Part shown: piece after piece, positions 34,843 to 43,811 of the stretch
Numbering within the stretch: the stretch's first letter is position 1
Layout: each line of letters opens with the position of its first letter
Assembly (NCBI GenBank): GCA_024403235.1
Contig: JAKSSF010000008.1
Location: 200-64,199 of the forward strand
DNA: 64,000 nucleotides
Reading direction: 5' to 3'
From: Lachnospiraceae bacterium
Lineage (GTDB): Bacteria > Bacillota > Clostridia > Lachnospirales > Lachnospiraceae
Translations under genes and position numbers: made by a program
Notes under the pieces: model-generated
The model's input: the letters and a program-made list of their open reading frames with translations, nothing else
Database searches by the model: none
Told to the model about the DNA's origin: nothing

Positions 34843-37680
34843 ATGAGATTATTTGGTAAAAATCATGAGGAAGAAATAGATGAATTGCGGGAAGAAGAGA
34901 TTTGTGACATTGATGTCATAGATCTGGATGATACTGCAAACTGGTCTAGTCTGGCGGTAGAAGAAAAAATTGAGAAGGTAAAAGAAGTAAAAGAAGAAGA
35001 ACCTTCTTTTGCGATAACACCAGGGAAAAATACGGTAGAGATGGAGTTTGCTTTATCTCAGGTTATTGTGGAAAAACCGGAAGAAAAAGAAGTAGATCTA
35101 AGTACTGTAACCATTGATCCGGAAGAAATAGCAACAGTATTAAGAAAGACTGAACTGGTCAATGAATCGAATACTACAGAAATGACCGAGGATTATAGCG
35201 AAGATTTATCTGAAAATAGCGAAAGCACAGAAGATATTGAGTACTATAACTTAAGTGAAGAAGAAACTTCCTATGAGGCTACTATGGAGGTTGATGACGA
35301 AGACGATGAAGAAGATGACGAGGAAGATGGATTCTTTTTCGCTCTTTCAGAATTTTTTGGAAGATTTACTACTTTTGATAAGGTGATTGCCATTACCGGT
35401 AGCTTGATTTTAATATTGGGAGTTGTGGTTGGAAGCTTGTATTATACGAACAGTGTTTCCCAAAAGCAGATAGCCGCTTTGGCTCCTGTGGGACAGGAAC
35501 TTTCCACCATTGGTATTGCCGGGGATGATGTATTACTTGCCATTGCAGATGCAAAAAGAGCGGAAGTGATGGTAGTGGAAGAAGTAGAAGAACTGAAGGA
35601 ATATGAAGAGACAGAAACAGAAAACGACATTACAGTTGTCATGAATCTTACTTCTGTACAGAGGGATTTAAAAATTAAATTTGTGAACAAGCAAACAAAG
35701 AAATTGATTCCTAATGTATCCTTTACTGTAAAAATTGAAGATCCGGATGGCAAGTCTTTCGAAAAGAAAGATGAGGACAAAGACGGTATCATCTATATGA
35801 AAGATATCAAACCGGGAAAATATAAGGTTTCTATGGTGGAATTAACCGGGGAAGATGGTTTGATTATCTCTACCAAGGAAGAAACGGTGCAGGTAAAAGA
35901 AAACATTGATTATAAAAAAATTGATGTGGCAGATGAGGTAAAGAAAGAGTCTCAGGTCAATGCTGCTGTAGAAGATACTGCAGCGAAAGTGGAAACAGAA
36001 GCGGTTTTACAAAACACTGTAGAGTGGGTAGAGTCCACCAAAACTCCGCTGAATGGTTCCAGTACAGGATATGAAGCGGTAGATAAGGGAAATATAGATG
36101 ATCCAGCCGCAAAATATACCTCTAGGATTGCTTTTTATAAAATGTCAAAGTCTGAAACCGGAGATGGCAATGAGACAAGCAAAACAGATGATCCTCCTCA
36201 GACCGGGGATGACAAGGAGAATACGGGAGGGGACGCGGAAACATCCTCTGGTGGGACAAACAATACGGAGGGAGACACACCAAACGCTCCAGAAACTATA
36301 GCAGTTACAGGGGTAAGCCTAGACAATTCTTCTTTGGAACTACCTATAGATCAAACTGCAACACTTAAGGTCACTGTTGAGCCGGAGAAAGCATCCAATA
36401 AAACTGTGCGCTGGAAATCTTCTAATCCGGCTGTGGCAGCGGTAGATGACGCGGGTACTGTTAAAGCAGTAGGTAAAGGGGAAGCGACCATTACAGCGAC
36501 TTCGGAAGATGGAGGCATAACAGCATCTTGCACCATAAAGGTTATTGAACAAACAACTACTGTAACTGAAATTGCGCTAAGTACAAATACCCTTTCTCTG
36601 AAGGTAGGTGGAACTGCGACTTTGACTGCAACTGTTAAGCCAGATACTGCTACTAATAAAACAGTGACTTTCACTAGCGACAAAACAGAAGTGGCTTCTG
36701 TAGATACTGCAGGAAAAGTTACTGCAAAGGCTGTGGGCTCTGCTACGATTACTGCTAAGTCAGGAGATAAAACTGCAACCTGTAAAGTAACTGTGAATGC
36801 AGATCCTAAAACAGATACTACAACTCTATTAAAGGATCGTTCCGGCAACCAACTTTATATCCTCAAGGATGGCAAATACATAGAAGCCAAAGTGGCAGAT
36901 TATTACACTAATAGTCAATTCTACAAGAAGGCGCAGGCTGCCACAGAATTTAGATATACTGGTTGGCAGGATATTGACGGAAAAACTTATTTCTTTGATA
37001 AAAACGGAAATAAGGTAACCGGTGAGCAGGTTATTCAAGGTGCAAAATACAATTTTGCCAGTGATGGTTCCTTGAACAAAGGCTCCGGTACAATGGGTAT
37101 TGATGTTTCTAAGTGGAATGGCAATATTAACTGGAGTGGTGTAAAAAATTCCGGTGTTAGTTATGTGATTATTCGTTGTGGTTATCGCGGCTCTACCACA
37201 GGTGCTTTAATCGAGGACCCCAAATTCAGAACCAACATTCAAGGTGCAATTAACGCAGGCTTGAAAGTAGGTATTTATTTCTTTACCCAGGCGGTAAATG
37301 AGGTAGAAGCTGTAGAAGAAGCTTCTATGACCATTGGTTTGATTCGTGGCTATAAGATTTCTTATCCTGTATTTTTGGATGTGGAAAGCAGCGGTGGACG
37401 AGCAGATGGATTGGATTCCGGTACCAGAACCAAGGTTGTGAATGCGTTCTGTCAAACCATTCGCAACAGTGGATATACTGCTGGCGTATATGCAAATAAA
37501 ACATGGCTATCTTCTAAGATGAATGCTGGTGCCTTAAGTGGTTATAAGATTTGGTTGGCTCAATACAATACCGCACCTACCTATGGTGGAAAATATGATT
37601 TGTGGCAATATTCTTCCAAAGGTTCCGTAGGCGGTATTAGCGGAAATGTAGATATGAATTTAAGTTATTTAGGATATTAA
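34843..37680 (+). CDS. membrane-anchored multidomain GH25 muramidase (acidic cytoplasmic tail, TM, Ig-like module, 2x Big_2-like, cell-wall-binding repeats, GH25)
   Basis: TM VIAITGSLILILGVVVGSLYY. Two Big_2-like repeats (TLKVTVEPEKASNKTVRWKSSNPAVAAVD / TLTATVKPDTATNKTVTFTSDKTEVASVD). Cell-wall-binding repeat YTGWQDIDGKTYFFDKNGNKVTG. GH25 block [32 protein letters not shown]...FLDVE...DLWQYSS. Start set at ATG 34843 (MRLFGKN). Confidence 0.85.
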   Translation: MRLFGKNHEEEIDELREEEICDIDVIDLDDTANWSSLAVEEKIEKVKEVKEEEPSFAITPGKNTVEMEFALSQVIVEKPEEKEVDLSTVTIDPEEIATVLRKTELVNESNTTEMTEDYSEDLSENSESTEDIEYYNLSEEETSYEATMEVDDEDDEEDDEEDGFFFALSEFFGRFTTFDKVIAITGSLILILGVVVGSLYYTNSVSQKQIAALAPVGQELSTIGIAGDDVLLAIADAKRAEVMVVEEVEELKEYEETETENDITVVMNLTSVQRDLKIKFVNKQTKKLIPNVSFTVKIEDPDGKSFEKKDEDKDGIIYMKDIKPGKYKVSMVELTGEDGLIISTKEETVQVKENIDYKKIDVADEVKKESQVNAAVEDTAAKVETEAVLQNTVEWVESTKTPLNGSSTGYEAVDKGNIDDPAAKYTSRIAFYKMSKSETGDGNETSKTDDPPQTGDDKENTGGDAETSSGGTNNTEGDTPNAPETIAVTGVSLDNSSLELPIDQTATLKVTVEPEKASNKTVRWKSSNPAVAAVDDAGTVKAVGKGEATITATSEDGGITASCTIKVIEQTTTVTEIALSTNTLSLKVGGTATLTATVKPDTATNKTVTFTSDKTEVASVDTAGKVTAKAVGSATITAKSGDKTATCKVTVNADPKTDTTTLLKDRSGNQLYILKDGKYIEAKVADYYTNSQFYKKAQAATEFRYTGWQDIDGKTYFFDKNGNKVTGEQVIQGAKYNFASDGSLNKGSGTMGIDVSKWNGNINWSGVKNSGVSYVIIRCGYRGSTTGALIEDPKFRTNIQGAINAGLKVGIYFFTQAVNEVEAVEEASMTIGLIRGYKISYPVFLDVESSGGRADGLDSGTRTKVVNAFCQTIRNSGYTAGVYANKTWLSSKMNAGALSGYKIWLAQYNTAPTYGGKYDLWQYSSKGSVGGISGNVDMNLSYLGY

Positions 37681-37691
37681 AGAAAAGGCAA

Positions 37692-37741
37692 AAGGGTATA
37701 GTCTTACCAAAAAAAGTAGACTATACCCTTTCTTTTTTTTG
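37692..37741 (+). terminator. intrinsic terminator after the large GH25 gene
   Basis: AAGGGTATAGTCT-13 nt-AGACTATACCCTT followed by TCTTTTTTTT. Confidence 0.8.
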
Positions 37742-37750
37742 TGCTATAAT
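37742..37750 (+). promoter_or_regulatory. extended -10 promoter element for the rfb operon
   Basis: TGCTATAAT (TGnTATAAT) lies immediately after the terminator and about 80 nt before rfbB. Confidence 0.5.
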
Positions 37751-37831
37751 CTTAAGTAATTATGACTGAAAGTATATCATAAGCTCAGTCTAGGCTAGAA
37801 TCAGATAAAAATGGAAGGGGAATAACATTTT

Positions 37832-38911
37832 ATGAGAACCTATTTGGTAACAGGAGGCGCCGGTTTTATCGGATCCAATTATATTCATTATATGTTTAAA
37901 AAATATGATAACGAGATTCGTATTATTAATGTAGATGCTTTGACCTATGCGGGAAATTTGGAAAATCTGAAAGACTTGGAAAACCGTGAAAATTATACCT
38001 TTGTGAAAGCAGACATTTGTGATAAAGAAGCTATTAGCAAGATTTTTGCAGAAAATGAGATTGACCGTGTCGTTCATTTCGCTGCAGAAAGTCATGTAGA
38101 TAGAAGTATTCGTAATCCGGAAGTATTTGTTCAGACCAATGTTTTAGGTACTGCAGTCATGTTAAACTGCGCAAAAGCAGCTTGGGAATTGCCCGATGGA
38201 AGCTTTAGGGAAGGAAAGAAGTTTTTACATGTATCCACTGATGAGGTATATGGCTCTTTAGAAGAGGATGGCGGTTATTTCTATGAAACTACTCCTTATG
38301 CACCACACAGTCCTTATTCTGCCAGCAAGGCTTCTTCTGATATGTTGGTGAAGGCATATATGGATACTTATAAGTTCCCTGCTAATATAACAAACTGCTC
38401 CAATAATTATGGGCCCTATCAGTTCCCGGAGAAATTAATTCCATTGATTATCAATAATGCGTTGCAGGGAAAGAAACTGCCGGTATATGGAGATGGAAAA
38501 AATGTTCGTGACTGGTTATATGTAGAAGACCATGCCAAAGCCATTGATATGGTGCAGGAAAAAGGCCGTTTATTTGAAACCTATAATGTTGGCGGACACA
38601 ATGAAAAACAAAACATTGAAATTATCCATATTATCATTGATACCTTACAGGAAATGCTTCCGGAAGGAGACCCTAGAAAGGCATTGGTATCAAAGGATTT
38701 GATTACTTATGTAGAAGACCGTAAAGGGCATGACAGAAGATATGCCATTGCTCCCGATAAGATCAAAGCAGAAATTGGCTGGGAGCCGGAAACCATGTTT
38801 AAAGAGGGCATCAAAAAGACTATTGCCTGGTTCTTTGAAAATGAAGATTGGATGAAACATGTAACCAGTGGTGATTATCAGAAGTATTATGCAGAAATGT
38901 ATAAAGCATAA
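37832..38911 (+). CDS. rfbB: dTDP-glucose 4,6-dehydratase
   Basis: TGGAGFIGSNY, catalytic YSASKASSD; 359 aa. Confidence 0.95.
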   Translation: MRTYLVTGGAGFIGSNYIHYMFKKYDNEIRIINVDALTYAGNLENLKDLENRENYTFVKADICDKEAISKIFAENEIDRVVHFAAESHVDRSIRNPEVFVQTNVLGTAVMLNCAKAAWELPDGSFREGKKFLHVSTDEVYGSLEEDGGYFYETTPYAPHSPYSASKASSDMLVKAYMDTYKFPANITNCSNNYGPYQFPEKLIPLIINNALQGKKLPVYGDGKNVRDWLYVEDHAKAIDMVQEKGRLFETYNVGGHNEKQNIEIIHIIIDTLQEMLPEGDPRKALVSKDLITYVEDRKGHDRRYAIAPDKIKAEIGWEPETMFKEGIKKTIAWFFENEDWMKHVTSGDYQKYYAEMYKA

Positions 38912-38955
38912 GTAGTATAAATACGATGACAGTACCGTAAAGAAAGGTAGAACAG

Positions 38956-39825
38956 ATGAAAGGTATTATTTTGGCCGGCGGGTCCGGCACAAGACTTTAT
39001 CCCTTAACAAAAGCAATTTCAAAGCAGATTATGCCCGTATATGATAAACCTATGATTTATTATCCTATGTCCACATTAATGTTGGCAGGAATTCGGGATA
39101 TTTTGATTATTTCTACACCCAGAGATTTGCCTGTATTTCAGGATTTATTTGGAACAGGAGAACAACTGGGATTGCATTTGGAATATGCTATTCAGGAATA
39201 TCCCAGAGGCTTGGCAGATGCTTTTATTATTGGAGAAGAGTTTATTGGGAAAGATAGCGTAGCCCTTGTATTGGGAGACAATATTTTCTATGGACAAAGC
39301 TTTTCTAAATTGTTAAGAGAGGTGGCTTCCAGAGAGAAGGGAGCAACTATTTTTGGATATTATGTGAGAGATCCAAGAGAATATGGAGTAGTAGAATTTG
39401 ATGAAAATGGGAAGGCCTTATCTATTGAAGAAAAGCCGGAACATCCGAAGAGCAACTACGCTGTACCGGGATTATATTTCTACGATAATGATGTAGTAGA
39501 AATTGCAAAAAATGTAAAACCCAGTGCTCGTGGAGAAATTGAAATCACAGCAGTTAACAATGCGTATTTAGAGCGTGGAGACTTGAGAGTAGAAACCATG
39601 GGAAGAGGATTTGCCTGGTTAGATACAGGAAATCATGATTCTCTATTGGATGCGGCAGATTTTGTGGCAGCATTCCAAAAACGTCAGGGCTTATACATTT
39701 CTTGTATTGAAGAAATCGCTTATAAACGCGGATTTATTACAAGAGATCAGTTATTGACTTTAGCAGAGCCTTTGATGAAGACCGATTACGGTAAATATTT
39801 GGTAGAGGTTGCGAATGGACTCTAG
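38956..39825 (+). CDS. rfbA: glucose-1-phosphate thymidylyltransferase
   Basis: [17 protein letters not shown]-terminus; 289 aa. Confidence 0.95.
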   Translation: MKGIILAGGSGTRLYPLTKAISKQIMPVYDKPMIYYPMSTLMLAGIRDILIISTPRDLPVFQDLFGTGEQLGLHLEYAIQEYPRGLADAFIIGEEFIGKDSVALVLGDNIFYGQSFSKLLREVASREKGATIFGYYVRDPREYGVVEFDENGKALSIEEKPEHPKSNYAVPGLYFYDNDVVEIAKNVKPSARGEIEITAVNNAYLERGDLRVETMGRGFAWLDTGNHDSLLDAADFVAAFQKRQGLYISCIEEIAYKRGFITRDQLLTLAEPLMKTDYGKYLVEVANGL

Positions 39826-41110
39826 GTTTTTAAGAAATACTCTGTTGGTGACATTTTTGTTTATGGTGTTGGTTTTCATTACTGTTTTGTACAGTAATGG
39901 ATATTTGACCAAGAAGTCACCACAAAAAGCAGAGCCTGTAATAGTTGAAACACAGGAAACCGAACCTTTGATAAATTATAGTGCCTGGATGGAAGATGAA
40001 ACTTTTTTTGATGCGGAGGAAAAGAAGTATAGTTCTTTAGAAGAAGACAGTGCCTTTTTATCTCTATTGGCCACCTCCATCGAAAAAGATTTACGTATCA
40101 AAGTTGTGGATTTGGAAGGTACTCCGGTTGAAGGAGAGAGTTTCCGGATTCAGATTCAGAACCAGGGAGAATACAGAGACTTAGATAAAGATGGCATTAT
40201 TTACGTGGCAGATTTGGATCCGGGAGAGTATGAAGTAAGTTTACTTCCTATGGAAGGCTTTCGAATGCCCAGTACCCCTTTAAAGGTAAAGGTAAAGTCC
40301 AGAGTAGAATATATTGCCATTGATGATATTTCTTTGTTGATTAAGACAGAAGCAGAAATTGATGCAGAAACTGAAGACGGCGAAAAACCAGGGGAAGATG
40401 ATACTGGCAGTGGCTCTACCACTTTCCTCTCACAGACAGAGGGCGCTAAGGGTATTGATGTTTCTAAGTGGAACGGAGAGATTGATTGGCGCAAAGTGAA
40501 GGATGCAGGGGTGGAATTTGCATTCATCCGCGTAGGGTATCGTGGCAGCGCCAGCGGATATCTGGTGGAGGATCCTTATTTTAAGCAAAATGTGGAAGGC
40601 GCAAAGTCCGTAGGCATTCCCATTGGTATCTATTTCTTCACCCAAGCTACTTCCGAGGTAGAAGCGGTAGAAGAAGCCAGTATGGTATTGGCACTTTGTA
40701 AGGATATATCAGTAGACTACCCTATCTTTATTGATTCCGAATCTGCAGGGGGAAAAGGTCGCGCCGACAATCTAAAAGCAAAGGATAGAACCAAGTATTG
40801 CTTAGCATTTTGCCAAACCTTACAAAATAGAGGATACGAATCGGGCATTTATGCTAGTAAAAATTGGTTTTTGAAGCAATTGGAGTTAGCCAATTTTACA
40901 GATGATACTTTAGTTTGGCTGGCAGAATATGCAGATGCGCCAACCTATGGTGGGCACTATGATTTTTGGCAGCACACCTCTTCAGGCCGCATCAATGGTA
41001 TTGAAGGTAGGGTAGACCTGAATGTTAGCCATTGGGAAAAAAAGGAGCTTCCCAAAACTATAGAAAAAGAAAAAAAGGATCAGCTCTCAGAAGAGGATGA
41101 GGATCGATAG
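39815..41110 (+). CDS. membrane-anchored GH25 muramidase (TM, Ig-like module, GH25)
   Basis: [19 protein letters not shown]. Ig-like module [52 protein letters not shown]25 block [32 protein letters not shown]...FIDSE...DFWQHTS. The ATG overlaps the rfbA 3' end (TTG 39809 is an alternative start). Confidence 0.85.
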   Translation: MDSRFLRNTLLVTFLFMVLVFITVLYSNGYLTKKSPQKAEPVIVETQETEPLINYSAWMEDETFFDAEEKKYSSLEEDSAFLSLLATSIEKDLRIKVVDLEGTPVEGESFRIQIQNQGEYRDLDKDGIIYVADLDPGEYEVSLLPMEGFRMPSTPLKVKVKSRVEYIAIDDISLLIKTEAEIDAETEDGEKPGEDDTGSGSTTFLSQTEGAKGIDVSKWNGEIDWRKVKDAGVEFAFIRVGYRGSASGYLVEDPYFKQNVEGAKSVGIPIGIYFFTQATSEVEAVEEASMVLALCKDISVDYPIFIDSESAGGKGRADNLKAKDRTKYCLAFCQTLQNRGYESGIYASKNWFLKQLELANFTDDTLVWLAEYADAPTYGGHYDFWQHTSSGRINGIEGRVDLNVSHWEKKELPKTIEKEKKDQLSEEDEDR

Positions 41111-41122
41111 GGAGATAGAAAA

Positions 41123-41674
41123 ATGGGAAAAATCACAGTAGAGACATGTCATATTGAAGGTTTGAAAATTATCACACCAACTGTATTTGGAGATGCCAGA
41201 GGCTATTTTATGGAAACCTATAATTACAATGATTTCAAAGAAGCCGGCATTGATCAGGTCTTTGTCCAGGATAATCAATCCGCATCTAAGAAAGGTGTTT
41301 TACGAGGCCTACATTTTCAAATCAATTTTCCACAGGACAAGTTGGTTCGTGTGGTTCGTGGAGAAGTTTATGATGTGGCTGTGGATTTAAGAGAAGGTTC
41401 ACCTACCTTTGGGCAGTGGTATGGTGTATTGTTATCAGAAGAAAACAAAAAACAGTTTTTCATTCCTAAAAACTTTGCCCATGGATTTTTGGTATTGTCA
41501 GATTACGCAGAGTTTGCTTATAAATGTACCGATTTTTATCATCCAAATGATGAAGGCGGACTTCTGTGGTCAGATCCGGATATTGGGGTGGAATGGCCTA
41601 TTTCGGAAGGTATGGAACTGACTCTTTCTGAAAAAGATACCAAATGGCCCGGTATTAAAAATTTTAAGAAATAG
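41123..41674 (+). CDS. rfbC: dTDP-4-dehydrorhamnose 3,5-epimerase
   Basis: FGDARGYFMETY, RGLHFQ; 183 aa. Confidence 0.95.
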   Translation: MGKITVETCHIEGLKIITPTVFGDARGYFMETYNYNDFKEAGIDQVFVQDNQSASKKGVLRGLHFQINFPQDKLVRVVRGEVYDVAVDLREGSPTFGQWYGVLLSEENKKQFFIPKNFAHGFLVLSDYAEFAYKCTDFYHPNDEGGLLWSDPDIGVEWPISEGMELTLSEKDTKWPGIKNFKK

Positions 41675-41683
41675 GGATAGACG

Positions 41684-42478
41684 ATGAAGCAGATTTTAAA
41701 AAATCGACGATTGATTTGGAAATTAGCCAAAAACGATTTTAAGAAGCGATATGCGGGCTCCTATTTGGGAAGAGTATGGGCTTTGGCACAGCCTGTAGTT
41801 ACAGTAATTATGTACTACATCGTTTTTGATAAAATTTTTGGCACAAAGGCAGAAATGCTTTCCAGTGGAATAGAAATGCCCTATGTTTTGTTTTTGACAG
41901 CAGGCTTAGTCCCATGGTTTTATTTTTCAGAAACCATGACAAATGGAATGCAGGCCTTATTGGAATATAGTTATTTGGTAAAAAAAGTTGTATTTGATAT
42001 TGATATTTTGCCCCTCATTAAAATGATAGGGGCAAGTTTTATTCATGTGTTTTTTGTCTGTATTTTGGTAGGAATGGCGTGCTGCTATGGCTATTTCCCA
42101 ACCATTTATACGATTCAACTTTTGTATTACAGCCTGTGCCTATTTGTATTGGTATTGGGAATTAGTTATGCAACCTGTGCATTGGTGGTGTTTTTTAGAG
42201 ATTTGGCGCAGATTATAGCCATTGGTTTACAGATAGGAATGTGGGCAACTCCTGTATTGTGGGATTTAGGTCGGATTGGTCCCAAAGCGCAATTTCTTAT
42301 CAAAATTAATCCTTTGGTTTATATCGTCAGCGGATATCGAAATGCCCTGTGTGAAAGAATATGGTTTTTTGAGGATATCTATTATACCTTATATTTTTGG
42401 GCAGTTACCCTGCTGCTATTTTGGCTGGGAAATCGCATTTTCCAAAAATTAAAGGTACACTTTTCTGATGTATTGTAA
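41684..42478 (+). CDS. polysaccharide ABC-2 exporter permease (Wzm/TagG/RgpC-like)
   Basis: 264 aa, six hydrophobic segments. N-terminal LAKNDFKKRYAGSYLGRVWALAQP is typical of the ABC-2 type. Confidence 0.85.
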   Translation: MKQILKNRRLIWKLAKNDFKKRYAGSYLGRVWALAQPVVTVIMYYIVFDKIFGTKAEMLSSGIEMPYVLFLTAGLVPWFYFSETMTNGMQALLEYSYLVKKVVFDIDILPLIKMIGASFIHVFFVCILVGMACCYGYFPTIYTIQLLYYSLCLFVLVLGISYATCALVVFFRDLAQIIAIGLQIGMWATPVLWDLGRIGPKAQFLIKINPLVYIVSGYRNALCERIWFFEDIYYTLYFWAVTLLLFWLGNRIFQKLKVHFSDVL

Positions 42479-42498
42479 GTAGACTAAGGAGCAGTAAG

Positions 42499-43788
42499 GT
42501 GGAGCAAAGTAAAAATATTGCGGTATGTGGGAAGAACATAACAAAAGTATATAAGTTGTATGAGAAACCCTCAGACCGTATGAAGGAAGCCTTGGGGCTT
42601 ACAAGAGAAAAAAAGTATAAAGAGCATTATGCCCTGAAGGGAATTGATTTAACCATTTACCAGGGAGAGACTGTAGGTATTATCGGTACTAACGGATCCG
42701 GAAAATCTACTATTTTGAAGATTATTACCGGTGTATTAAATCCTACCGGTGGAACCATGGAGGTAAATGGACGCATTTCTGCCCTTTTGGAATTGGGGGC
42801 CGGTTTTAATCAGGAATACAATGGGATTGAGAACATTTACTTAAACGGCACTATGATGGGCTTTAGCGAAAAGGAAATTGATGAAAAACTCCAGTCTATT
42901 TTGGATTTTGCTGACATTGGAGATTATGTCTACCAACCTGTAAAAACCTATTCCAGCGGTATGTTTGTTCGTCTTGCCTTTGCGGTAGCCATTAATATTG
43001 ATCCGGAGATTTTAATCGTAGACGAAGCGTTGTCTGTTGGAGATGTATTTTTTCAGGCAAAATGCTATCACAAATTTGAAGAATTTAAGGCAATGGGAAA
43101 AACCATTCTTTTTGTTAGCCACGATTTAAGCAGCATTGCAAAATATTGTGACCGCGTTATTTTGCTGAATCAGGGGGATAAACTGGGAGAAGGTGCACCC
43201 AAGGAAATGATAGATGCTTATAAGCAGGTTCTGGTAGGTCAATATGTAGTAAAAGACGAATCTACAAACTTGGCCATGGATGCTTCTTTACAGGAAGCAG
43301 CGGCTAAAGCCATGGAAAAAGAAGGAAGTGGCCAGGGCATTAATCCGGAACTTTTGGAATATGGTACCGGAGCAGCCAGAATGGTTGAATACTATGTGAC
43401 GGACCAGAACGGTACCAAAACCACCGCTATTATCAAAGGAGAGGAATTCTCCCTTCATGTGAAGGTCAACATTATGGAAGATATTCCGGCTCCCATATTT
43501 GCCTTTACCATTAAAAATATTCATGGAACAGAGATTACCGGTACCAATACCATGATTGAAAAGGCTTTCCTGGATTCTGTGAAGCAGGGAGATGTGAAAG
43601 AGATTACCTATACTCAGAAAATGGATTTGCAGGGTGGGGAATACCTTTTGTCTTTAGGTGTTACCGGATATGAGGGAGATCAGTTCCAGGTATACCATCG
43701 GCTGTATGATGTATTAAATATTACGGTGGTTTCCGACAAGAATACCGTAGGTTATTATGATATGAATTCTAAAATCCTTGTAAAATAG
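42499..43788 (+). CDS. polysaccharide ABC exporter ATPase with C-terminal extension (Wzt/TagH/RgpD-like)
   Basis: GTG start after an AGGAG RBS. Walker A GTNGSGKST, signature YSSGMFVRLAFA, Walker B ILIVDEALSVGD. An additional beta-rich C-terminal domain of about 180 aa follows. Confidence 0.88.
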   Translation: MEQSKNIAVCGKNITKVYKLYEKPSDRMKEALGLTREKKYKEHYALKGIDLTIYQGETVGIIGTNGSGKSTILKIITGVLNPTGGTMEVNGRISALLELGAGFNQEYNGIENIYLNGTMMGFSEKEIDEKLQSILDFADIGDYVYQPVKTYSSGMFVRLAFAVAINIDPEILIVDEALSVGDVFFQAKCYHKFEEFKAMGKTILFVSHDLSSIAKYCDRVILLNQGDKLGEGAPKEMIDAYKQVLVGQYVVKDESTNLAMDASLQEAAAKAMEKEGSGQGINPELLEYGTGAARMVEYYVTDQNGTKTTAIIKGEEFSLHVKVNIMEDIPAPIFAFTIKNIHGTEITGTNTMIEKAFLDSVKQGDVKEITYTQKMDLQGGEYLLSLGVTGYEGDQFQVYHRLYDVLNITVVSDKNTVGYYDMNSKILVK

Positions 43789-43811
43789 GATAGCAGTAAA
43801 AAGGGGAACCC

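Noticed and set aside
41187-41621. Alternative-frame ORFs within rfbC.
   Set aside because: The rfbC frame carries the canonical epimerase motifs.
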